Below the pieces are notes generated by a model, which saw nothing but the letters and a program-made list of their open reading frames with translations, did no database searches and was not told the origin of the DNA. From positions 1-38,848 of the IMG/VR virus record IMGVR_UViG_3300020202_000053: a stretch of 38,848 nucleotides of DNA; one strand, written 5' to 3'. Shown in pieces: positions 32,463 through 38,848 of this stretch; position 1 is the first letter of the stretch, and every line of letters begins with the position of its first letter. A program made the position numbers and the translations under genes. This DNA comes from a virus.

Positions 32463-32812
32463 CCGTCCGCACCTGCCTCCCTGACGCCCCCGGCTTGGTG
32501 GTCCATCGCCTGCCCCTGCCGCAATGCTGTCCGGTGTCCGGCAACCCGCTGCCCGGCTCCACCCTGACCATGGCCTACCTGCCCAAGGATCGGGTCTTCC
32601 CGGTCGAGTGGTTGGAGAGCCTGATCCGCGAGTACCAGGGCGGCCATGCCTCCCGGAACATCCGGAACATGGAGGAGATGGTCCAGGACCTCGCCATCCG
32701 AGCTGCCGAGAACACCGGCGTCCGGGTGCGGGTGCGGGCGGACCTGAAGATCAACCCGCCGCAGGGCGGCACCGTGCAGGACCTCCTCATGACCGCGAGG
32801 GCGCGGCCATGA
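32459..32812 (+). CDS. QueF-family T-fold protein lacking the NADPH-binding lysines (QueF-L-like, 117 aa, GTG start)
   Basis: ORF track. CCPVSGNP matches the QueF catalytic-Cys motif (CP-x-[ST]-G-[QN]-P). VEWLESLIREY sits where the QueF motif E-[SL]-K-[SA]-h-K-[LY]-[YFW] would be, but both Lys are replaced. A C-terminal QGG sits in the RGG position. Confidence 0.6.
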   Translation: MTVRTCLPDAPGLVVHRLPLPQCCPVSGNPLPGSTLTMAYLPKDRVFPVEWLESLIREYQGGHASRNIRNMEEMVQDLAIRAAENTGVRVRVRADLKINPPQGGTVQDLLMTARARP

Positions 32813-33663
32813 GGTTCTTCGTCGGCATCCATCAGCCGTGTGACGCCCATAAGGTGGACGCAGCGTTCATCTCCGTCAGCCGCCTAGAGAACAGGATATC
32901 CGGTTTTCTGGTTGGCGACTGGATCATGGACAGCAAGGGCTTTTCCGAAGTGGCTGGCCATGGTCGCTACCGGATGTCGGTGCAGGAGCATGCCGCCCAA
33001 ATCCGCCGATGGTCAAAGAACGGCAACCTGATGGCGGCCATCGCCCAAGATTGGATGTGCGAGGATCCAGTTCTAAAGCGTGTCCTGATTGAAGAGGGAA
33101 AGCTCGACCCGCCGCCAGGATTTGATTTCGGCGATGCTCAAGCTTGGAAAAAGCTTGGTGATCTGCCGTGGGCCTATGAGGGCCAGCGCGAAGATCAGAT
33201 CCTGGAGCATCAGCGCCGCACAATAGAGCGCTATGACGCCCTGATGACGTGCGATGTCGGCGGCGTCTACATCATGCCGGTCCTGCAAGGCTACGCGCCT
33301 GAGGACTACGTGCGCCACATCCGCATGTACGGAGACCGGCTGAAGCCGGGCATGTGGGTGGGCGTCGGCTCAGTCTGCAAGCGCAACAGCAATCCAGAGA
33401 CGGTCGCGGACGTGCTGGCGGCCATCAAGGCCGAGCGCCCCGACCTTCTGTTGCACGGCTTCGGCGTCAAGACCACGGCCCTGGGGGATGTGGAGGTGCG
33501 GGACATGCTCCATACAGCCGACAGCATGGCGTGGAGCTATAACGCCCGCATCAACGGCCGGAACGGCAACGACGTGCGCGAGGCCCTGGCCTTCGCCGCC
33601 AAGATCGCCGCCATGCCCCGTCGCCCGAAGCAGCTCTCAATGTTCGGGAGAGCCACCGCCTAA
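32809..33663 (+). CDS. dpdA: TGT-like DNA transglycosylase, DpdA-like (284 aa; start refined)
   Basis: In frame with ORF 32524-33663, with ATGA coupling at 32809. Motifs DSKGFSE, GVGSVCKR, LHGFGVK and ADSMAWS, as recalled for DpdA/TGT-fold enzymes. The N-terminal half is visibly lower in GC. Confidence 0.6.
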   Translation: MRFFVGIHQPCDAHKVDAAFISVSRLENRISGFLVGDWIMDSKGFSEVAGHGRYRMSVQEHAAQIRRWSKNGNLMAAIAQDWMCEDPVLKRVLIEEGKLDPPPGFDFGDAQAWKKLGDLPWAYEGQREDQILEHQRRTIERYDALMTCDVGGVYIMPVLQGYAPEDYVRHIRMYGDRLKPGMWVGVGSVCKRNSNPETVADVLAAIKAERPDLLLHGFGVKTTALGDVEVRDMLHTADSMAWSYNARINGRNGNDVREALAFAAKIAAMPRRPKQLSMFGRATA

Positions 33664-33763
33664 ACTCCTGATCCCGCCCCACTTTCGCACAACACCGTCA
33701 CTTAATGGTCTCCGACCGCACAGCGACGAACGACAGCCTATTCGGAATTGAAGGATCACGATC

Positions 33764-33988
33764 ATGGATGAAGAGCGCGAGCCAACCCCGGCCGAGATTG
33801 CCAAGTTCAGGAAGGCCGCCAAGGCGCTAGCCGAACTCGGTAAGGCCGGCCTCTACATCTACCTCGCGGAAGACAATCTGCACCTGATGACCGGCCCCAG
33901 CCACGACCCCGGCGGCAAGAACAGCATGCGGCAGGACCGCATCCGCGCCACGGCGAGGATACCCCTCGCTGGTGGCGGCGACTGGTAA
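33764..33988 (+). CDS. Hypothetical protein (74 aa)
   Basis: ORF track. Confidence 0.5.
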   Translation: MDEEREPTPAEIAKFRKAAKALAELGKAGLYIYLAEDNLHLMTGPSHDPGGKNSMRQDRIRATARIPLAGGGDW

Positions 33989-34008
33989 CAGAGACGAGGA
34001 GAGAAGAC

Positions 34009-34206
34009 GTGACCGATGCTGAGAAGCTGGCCCGGCTGAGGGCCGCAGTCGAGCCGCTGTTGGCCGCCTGTGAAGCTGACTTCGGGTGCGGCCCTGGCGG
34101 CGTCTGCGCTGACGAGCGCGATGATGAGCCGGTGGCGATCGGGACGGATGGCGGCAGCGCGATCACGTTCGGCCTTATCCGCGCCGCGCGCGCCGCCCTG
34201 ACCTGA
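34009..34206 (+). CDS. Hypothetical protein (65 aa, GTG start)
   Basis: ORF track. Confidence 0.4.
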   Translation: MTDAEKLARLRAAVEPLLAACEADFGCGPGGVCADERDDEPVAIGTDGGSAITFGLIRAARAALT

Positions 34207-34226
34207 ATACGAACGCTCCGCAGCCC

Positions 34227-34439
34227 TCAGCAGTTATGCGTCGCCACGACCCTCGACCGCTCCCGAAGTCTCAGTCGACAGTTGCTCAGCAGAGGCTCAG
34301 ATCCATCCGTAGCGGCTCTCCAGGCAGCCATGGCGATGTAGGCGTAGGCAAATCTACCGAGAGGCTGGAGGATCTCTCCAGAGGCGGTCATCTCCTCGAT
34401 ACGCCAGGGCATGGGAAAGCCGTCGATGTCGTGGAGCAT
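34227..34439 (-). CDS. Hypothetical protein on the opposite strand within the plus-strand arm (70 aa)
   Basis: ORF track. It sits in a lower-GC island and is divergent from the 34518 operon. Confidence 0.4.
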   Translation of the reverse strand: MLHDIDGFPMPWRIEEMTASGEILQPLGRFAYAYIAMAAWRAATDGSEPLLSNCRLRLRERSRVVATHNC

Positions 34440-34517
34440 GCGAGGTTATAGTTCTCAGAGATCGGTCGCGCGGCTTCCCTGATACCACGGCAGATCAGCG
34501 CGATACCCGTTCCATCG

Positions 34518-34757
34518 ATGGAGTGCAGAATGCCCTTGCCTGAAAGCGAGATCGTTGAGGGTGGCGTCTACGAAGGCGGGCGGTTGGGGCAGCGGATCGC
34601 CATCCTGAGCGTCCGCGTCGTGCCCGGCCGCTTCGAGGCGATGCGCATCTGCACCTTCGCCAAGGAGCATTGGCCGGATACGATCCAGCCGGAGCCGGCG
34701 GACTATGAGATTGACGTGACATCGGTCGCGCGCTGGGCCGCCAAGCGGATCGCCTAA
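34518..34757 (+). CDS. Hypothetical small protein (79 aa)
   Basis: ORF track. Confidence 0.5.
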   Translation: MECRMPLPESEIVEGGVYEGGRLGQRIAILSVRVVPGRFEAMRICTFAKEHWPDTIQPEPADYEIDVTSVARWAAKRIA

Positions 34758-34797
34758 CCCCCACCACTTCACCCGCTTGCCAGATGGAGGGAGATGG

Positions 34798-34995
34798 ATG
34801 GGAGATCGCAGCAATCCTCGGAAGGCGGCAAGGGAGGCGCGCGCTTACAACGAGCGTCGACTGGCACGGACGGCAACCATGCCCGAACACCTTCGGAAGC
34901 CCCCTGCCGGGGCTCTTCCACATTCGCCGGAACTGCTGGCATGGATTGAGGCTGTTAAGGCATGGTCAGCGGAGAACGATCAGGATAACGACTGA
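34798..34995 (+). CDS. Hypothetical small basic/acidic protein (65 aa; start refined from TTG 34777)
   Basis: GGAGGGAG lies upstream of ATG 34798. Confidence 0.5.
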   Translation: MGDRSNPRKAAREARAYNERRLARTATMPEHLRKPPAGALPHSPELLAWIEAVKAWSAENDQDND

Positions 34996-34996
34996 T

Positions 34997-35209
34997 ATGT
35001 CCAACCCCCTCACCGGCTACTACAACGGCCACTGCTGTATCGTGGAGACCTGCGGTAAGTTCGGCCCCTTCGGCTTCGCCCGCACCTCCAACGGCAAGGC
35101 CGCTGGACCGATGGTCTGGGGCTGCAACCAGCACAGGGCCGAAGCCGAGGAACACAGCAGGACGGCGCAGTTCCCCGCCCCGGCCGCTGAGACGCCGCCC
35201 TGGAACTAG
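34997..35209 (+). CDS. Small Cys-rich protein (70 aa; start refined)
   Basis: In frame with ORF 34784-35209. ATG 34997 lies 1 nt after the upstream stop. Sequence begins MSNPLTGYYNGHCCIVETCGKFGPFGFA...WGCNQH. Confidence 0.5.
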   Translation: MSNPLTGYYNGHCCIVETCGKFGPFGFARTSNGKAAGPMVWGCNQHRAEAEEHSRTAQFPAPAAETPPWN

Positions 35210-35236
35210 GTCCCGTCGCACTTATGGGGATTGCTG

Positions 35237-35452
35237 ATGAACCCGGACGATTTCAAGGCGTGGCGCCAGGCCATGGGGCTGTCACAGCAGAAGGCAGCCG
35301 AGGTGCTGGGCATCTCCAAGAGCAGCGTGGAACTCTACGAGGCCGGCAAGCGCCGCGACGACGGCCGCCCCGTCGAGATCCCGAAGACGGTGGCCCTCGC
35401 CTGCGCCGCCGTCGCCAAGGGATTGGCGCCCTGGATCGCTCCGAAGGCTTAG
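35237..35452 (+). CDS. XRE-family HTH protein (71 aa; ATG 35237)
   Basis: ORF track frame. Sequence MNPDDFKAWRQAMGLSQQKAAEVLGISKSSVELYEAGKR. Confidence 0.75.
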   Translation: MNPDDFKAWRQAMGLSQQKAAEVLGISKSSVELYEAGKRRDDGRPVEIPKTVALACAAVAKGLAPWIAPKA

Positions 35453-35456
35453 CGGC

Positions 35457-35987
35457 TCAGCGGGCCGCCAGCTTGTCCATGAGCGCGTTCTTGCGCTCTG
35501 ATCCAGCCGAGCTGCCGAAGTAATACGCCACCACCGCGCCGAAGGCCGCTCCCAGGCTGCCCAGCATCACCAGCAGCGCCTCCCCGCCCTTCTCCGGCGC
35601 GCCATAGGCCAGCATGTAGCCCAGCACCCCGAAGAAGCCGGCCGTCACGAAGAAGGCCAGCAGGGCGGGCGTCCAGTCCTTCACCGCGATCTCGCGCTGC
35701 CGGGCGCTGTCCCTATCCCCGGCGTGGATCTTCTCCAGATCGATGTCCAGTTCCCGCAGTTTCACCGCGAACGCCTGATCCGCCTGCTTCAGCGCCAGAA
35801 GCTGGTCGGGGTTGGCGTCGGCAAGCGCCGCCTGCAGCTCCTCCGGCGCCCCGCCGTCCTTGCCGAGCAGGGCCTGGGAGAGGTAGTTCACCGCCAGCCC
35901 GGCGACGGGTCCGCCCGCCGTGGTGGCGAGGCCGGTGGCGAGGGTGGGCGCGATGCCCTTCAGGCCCTGGATGATCTTGTCGAACAT
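35457..35987 (-). CDS. Holin, GTA-type 3-TM holin family-like (176 aa; start refined)
   Basis: In frame with ORF 35457-36038, starting at ATG 35987. Central segment KLRELDIDLEKIHAGDRDSARQRE is followed by hydrophobic helices. It lies immediately downstream of the endolysin. Confidence 0.6.
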   Translation of the reverse strand: MFDKIIQGLKGIAPTLATGLATTAGGPVAGLAVNYLSQALLGKDGGAPEELQAALADANPDQLLALKQADQAFAVKLRELDIDLEKIHAGDRDSARQREIAVKDWTPALLAFFVTAGFFGVLGYMLAYGAPEKGGEALLVMLGSLGAAFGAVVAYYFGSSAGSERKNALMDKLAAR

Positions 35988-35995
35988 GGCGGGCC

Positions 35996-36487
35996 TCACT
36001 TCACGTCGTTGTAGAAGGCGTGGGCGCCGATGACGCACGCCGGCTGCCGCTTCTCACCCCACGCCGCAGGCCAGCCCATGGCGGTGGTGTGGTAGTGCAG
36101 CGAAGAGGATGTCGGGTCCGGCTCCGTTCCGGTGATGACCGCCAGCGCCGCCAGCAAGCAGCGTTGATAGGCTGGGTCCGCCAGTGCGTCGGTGAGGAAC
36201 TGATGGTTGTCCGACCACGCGTCGAGAAGCCGGCGGTTGGGATCGCCCGCGTTCCAGCACGAGAACTGCCACTTCGCCTTGCATGCACTGGTCAGGGAGC
36301 CGTCGCCGAACAGCGGGTGGGGCTTACGAGTGCGGGTCGCGAAGGCCCTCGCCTGCTCTGCCCGGTTCCGCATCACCCAGCCGCAGGCGATGCGGTCGGC
36401 ATGGGTGGAGCCCCGCGCCTCCCCGTAGATCGTAAGCGCTAGGACGCGAAGATCCATCGCGTCCGCCTTCAGCGGCACGTTGGTCAT
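35996..36487 (-). CDS. Endolysin, SleB-type cell-wall hydrolase (163 aa)
   Basis: ORF track. Motif LALTIYGEARGS, with conserved Cys/Trp pattern downstream. Confidence 0.8.
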   Translation of the reverse strand: MTNVPLKADAMDLRVLALTIYGEARGSTHADRIACGWVMRNRAEQARAFATRTRKPHPLFGDGSLTSACKAKWQFSCWNAGDPNRRLLDAWSDNHQFLTDALADPAYQRCLLAALAVITGTEPDPTSSSLHYHTTAMGWPAAWGEKRQPACVIGAHAFYNDVK

Positions 36488-36607
36488 AATTGCCTCGATC
36501 TGTTCGGGTGATACAGTTTCAGGGCTGCAATCGACGGCAGCCTCTGCCTCTTCATTTCCAAGCGCGAGTAGCGGGCCGCTCTCATCCCACAGGGGGCGGC
36601 CCTTTCC

Positions 36608-36847
36608 TCACTCCGCCGGCACGCCGATGTGCAGCCGGCTCTCGATCCGCTGCAGGCTGTTCCGCACGTCGTGAACCGCCTGCTCGATCCGGGCGGTGCG
36701 CTCCGGCAGCCCGTCCTCCTGGATCTGGTGGAGCTGTTCCTTCAGCGCCTCGATCTGCGCCACCATCCGTGCCCGCTGCTCCACATGGACCAGCACATGT
36801 CCGAGGATGGCGAGCGCCAGTCCCACAAATTCCGCGTCTATCTGCAT
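36608..36847 (-). CDS. N-terminal TM plus coiled-coil protein at head of lysis cassette (79 aa; start refined)
   Basis: In frame with ORF 36608-36982, starting at ATG 36847. Sequence MQIDAEFVGLALAILGHVLVHVEQRARMVAQIEALKEQLHQIQ... Confidence 0.5.
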   Translation of the reverse strand: MQIDAEFVGLALAILGHVLVHVEQRARMVAQIEALKEQLHQIQEDGLPERTARIEQAVHDVRNSLQRIESRLHIGVPAE

Positions 36848-37084
36848 GGGTGCTCTCGCCTTCCGTAGCCTATCTGGTGTATAGTTGGTTATTGCTGCAC
36901 TACATCTTGGGCCGGTCCTGCGAGGGGCTGGCTCTTTTCGTTTGGATCGGTAGCGAAAATCAGAGCGCCGATTGCTCCCCACCCAGGCAAAGGGCTGGTG
37001 ATAGGCTTCACTCTCCCCATGGACTCTAGGACCGGTTGCGAGTCATGCTCCGGGCATATCCAAGGGGGTAGTTGGGCGGGGGCT

Positions 37085-37630
37085 ATGAGACACGTAATCG
37101 CGATAGGCGCGCTGCTGGTGCTGGCGGGATGCGTCACAGATGGGCGCTACCCGACTCAGTCGCAGCTTGCCATGGCTGCTCTCGACCATCAGTCCGAGGC
37201 GCAGTCAATGGCGTCCAATCTCATCCAGGGGACAGGCGGCGTTGCATACATGCTGAACCGCCAGCAGGCTCCAGACATCCTGAAGGGCTATCCTGCAGCC
37301 TGGACTACTGGCTCTGTCGCGGGCGCGCTCCAAATCAACTACGACAATCGAACCTTGTCCCAGTACGCCCAAGCCGTCACCGCCGGCGATGCCTCTGGGT
37401 GCCCCGGCAAGTTCCTCACAAATAAGGAGCCGTTGGCGGGTGGGTTCGGTATGCGCGTGACCAACGCCTGCGACATGAACGGCACGCCTATGCTGATCGT
37501 CTACACGCTTATGCCGCGCAGGGCGGGCGGCCTCTATGCTGTGCTGAACTACTCCACTGTTGACGTCGATGCTGCTATGCAGCTGGATCAAGCCATGGCG
37601 GCCACTTTGGCTAAGCTGGCCGGTTTTTAA
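37085..37630 (+). CDS. Lipoprotein (181 aa; start refined), moron
   Basis: In frame with ORF 36998-37630. AAGGGGG lies upstream of ATG 37085. The signal peptide MRHVIAIGALLVLAGC carries the lipobox LAGC. GC is lower than in the flanks and the gene is on the strand opposite to both neighbouring modules. Confidence 0.7.
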   Translation: MRHVIAIGALLVLAGCVTDGRYPTQSQLAMAALDHQSEAQSMASNLIQGTGGVAYMLNRQQAPDILKGYPAAWTTGSVAGALQINYDNRTLSQYAQAVTAGDASGCPGKFLTNKEPLAGGFGMRVTNACDMNGTPMLIVYTLMPRRAGGLYAVLNYSTVDVDAAMQLDQAMAATLAKLAGF

Positions 37631-37797
37631 TGCGCGAAGTTCTCGCCACCCTGGCCGGCCTATCGGTGCTGGCCCTCGCCTGGGTGGTGACGAAGTACAC
37701 ACCCACAGGCTATCTCGTCGCCTTCGCGGCGGGATGCGCGTGGGTGTGCTTCCTTTACCGGCTAAAGCACGGGCATTGGCCCGACTTCCGGTTCTAG
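37630..37797 (+). CDS. Small 2-TM membrane protein coupled to the lipoprotein gene (55 aa)
   Basis: Not in the track. A TAATG overlap couples it to the lipoprotein stop. Sequence is MREVLATLAGLSVLALAWVVTKYTPTGYLVAFAAGCAWVCFLYRLKHGHWPDFRF. Its stop overlaps the convergent stop of the 735-aa gene (CTAG). Confidence 0.5.
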   Translation: MREVLATLAGLSVLALAWVVTKYTPTGYLVAFAAGCAWVCFLYRLKHGHWPDFRF

Positions 37798-38848
37798 TTG
37801 TTGTAGGCGCTCGTTCCTGCGGCGCCGAAGCTGCCGACAAGGCCCGGGGGGAGTTCCCGGATCGGCACCTTAGGAGCGGCAGCGTTCGCCGCTTGGGCTC
37901 CCTTGACGGCACTCACCGCCCACGGTGCCATGGTCATCATCGCCGCCCTCGCCTTTGGCCCAAGGTTGCCCGTCAGCTTCTGCAGGATGTTCGCGGCGGC
38001 GGCGGTCGTGTTCGACGTGTTCTTGCCGCCCTCCGCCACCGTGGTGACCATCGTCGCCACCTGACGGAACTGCTGCATGAGCTTTAGCTCCTCCGGGGAG
38101 AACAGCACCCGCATCACCTCCGGGTTCTGCTTCATCGCGCCGTCGAAGGCGGTCCCGAACTTGGCGCCGGAGAAGTCCCGAGCGGTGATGTCGCGGTTGT
38201 ACGGACCCTCGCCCGCCTTGGCGAGGCGCACGAATGCCTCCTCCTTCAGCGCCCGCCACTCGGTGCTGTCCGGCCCCAGCACCTGCCGCATCCGCACCAT
38301 GTCGCGCGCCAAGTCGGGCTTAGACACGAACCCAGTGTCGGACAGACCGAAGATGTAGTTGGTGGCGCTCTCTGGCGCGACCGTGAACTGCATCTTCCCC
38401 GAGCGGTATTCCTTCTCCAGAAGGTCTTGGATGAGGTCGTTGCCCTTGAACTTGCCGGCGAACTCCCGGTTGGTGGCGATCGCCTTCTTCCATGCGTCCA
38501 CGGCGGTTTGATCGCCCGACATCAGGCCATCTTTGACCATCTCCGGCACCGCTTCATCGAAGCGGCGCACCATGTCCCGCAGCGCCCCGGCCTCGGTCTG
38601 GTCCTGCGTCTCGCGGGCGAGCTTGCCTGTGGCGCGGCGCCAGTCGAACAGAGATCCAACGTTGACCGAAGCGTCTCCGCCCGCCTGGGTCAGTGCGTCG
38701 AGTGCCGCAAGCTGGTCCCGGGCCTTCGGCGCGTGCGCAATGCGGTCCCTGACTTCCTCGCCAGCGCCAAGGAAGTACCGAAGACCCTGGACCTCCTGCT
38801 GCGGCAGGCCGGCGGGAGCGGCGCGGGCCGTATCGTATGCCTCGTCCA
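37794..38848 (-). CDS. C-terminal part of the 735-aa junction-spanning virion protein
   Basis: Track ORF 37794-38573 (MVRRFDEAVPEMV...) stays open upstream to the window end. Hand translation reads ...ARDQLAALDALTQAGGDASVNVGSLFDWRRATGKLARETQDQTEAGALRD-MVRRF. Since 38722-38848 duplicates 1-127, joining 1-1280 to 37794-38721 gives 2,208 nt, or 736 codons. Confidence 0.7.
   Translation of the reverse strand, partial: DEAYDTARAAPAGLPQQEVQGLRYFLGAGEEVRDRIAHAPKARDQLAALDALTQAGGDASVNVGSLFDWRRATGKLARETQDQTEAGALRDMVRRFDEAVPEMVKDGLMSGDQTAVDAWKKAIATNREFAGKFKGNDLIQDLLEKEYRSGKMQFTVAPESATNYIFGLSDTGFVSKPDLARDMVRMRQVLGPDSTEWRALKEEAFVRLAKAGEGPYNRDITARDFSGAKFGTAFDGAMKQNPEVMRVLFSPEELKLMQQFRQVATMVTTVAEGGKNTSNTTAAAANILQKLTGNLGPKARAAMMTMAPWAVSAVKGAQAANAAAPKVPIRELPPGLVGSFGAAGTSAYNN
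38722..38848. repeat. Terminal direct repeat, copy 2 (identical to 1-127)
   Basis: Base-by-base comparison shows 127/127 identity in the same orientation. Confidence 0.97.

Larger units (their letters stand above)
1..38848. mobile_element. Complete temperate tailed-phage genome (podovirus-like virion module, no tape measure or tail tube), circularly closed assembly, unique length 38,721 bp
   Basis: Gene content is phage throughout: terminase, portal, scaffold, coat, tail fibre, ejection proteins, lysis cassette, cI/cro switch, replication genes and xis-int-attP. An exact 127-nt terminal overlap is present and one gene reads in frame across it. Confidence 0.9.

Noticed and set aside
34461-34732. 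12-nt exact direct repeat ATCGGTCGCGCG at 34461 and 34721
   Set aside because: A single 12-mer coincidence is expected many times by chance in about 39 kb of GC-biased sequence. There is no supporting structure.
36488-36607. 33-aa basic minus-strand ORF overlapping the endolysin start (ATGA)
   Set aside because: It is very short and highly basic, with no Shine-Dalgarno sequence. It lies over a hairpin and is probably non-coding spacer.
1-38848. CRISPR arrays, rRNA genes, IS elements or transposases
   Set aside because: I found no regularly spaced repeats, no rRNA-like stretches and no transposase-like ORFs on either strand.

Overview
The window is a complete temperate tailed-phage genome, high-GC and probably from an alphaproteobacterial host. 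It was assembled as a circle: nt 1-127 recur exactly at 38722-38848, so the unique length is 38,721 bp, and one 735-aa virion gene wraps across the junction.

Two transcription arms diverge from a cI/cro-type switch at about 23.8 kb.
- Minus-strand arm: cro-like gene, small membrane protein, several HTH regulators, a DndC/PAPS-reductase-like PP-loop enzyme, a replication initiator, small genes, and an HTH protein in front of an AT-rich island. Then come the terS-like gene, terL, a P22-type portal, scaffold, coat, connector-region genes, a 768-aa tail fibre, a 592-aa tail protein and four large ejection-type proteins, the last of which crosses the window junction.
- Plus-strand arm: an S24 cI repressor plus two passenger genes, an intrinsic terminator, and a second operator-controlled promoter with a structured leader. 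About 15 tiny translationally coupled early genes follow, then an ERF-like protein, an HNH-like protein, DUF551, T5orf172, xis, int and attP. After attP come a QueF-like/DpdA-like pair and a small-gene operon ending in an XRE HTH.
- A lysis cassette lies on the minus strand at 35457-36847. A low-GC lipoprotein moron lies on the plus strand at 37085-37797.

I saw no rRNA gene, complete tRNA gene, CRISPR array, transposase or reverse transcriptase.

Best candidates for something new:
1. A zinc-ribbon plus XhlA-like membrane protein pair co-transcribed with cI (24626-25388), in a Rex-like position.
2. An orphan DpdA-like/QueF-like 7-deazaguanine cassette beside attP (32250-33663), possibly linked to the DndC-like enzyme at 20311-21348.
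3. A lipoprotein plus 2-TM moron (37085-37797).
4. An acr/aca-style small-gene operon (34518-35452).

All family calls come from motif recognition by eye; no searches were run. The ORF track prints GTG/TTG starts as M, and I refined several starts by hand. Many long ORFs antisense to real genes are GC-rich shadow frames.
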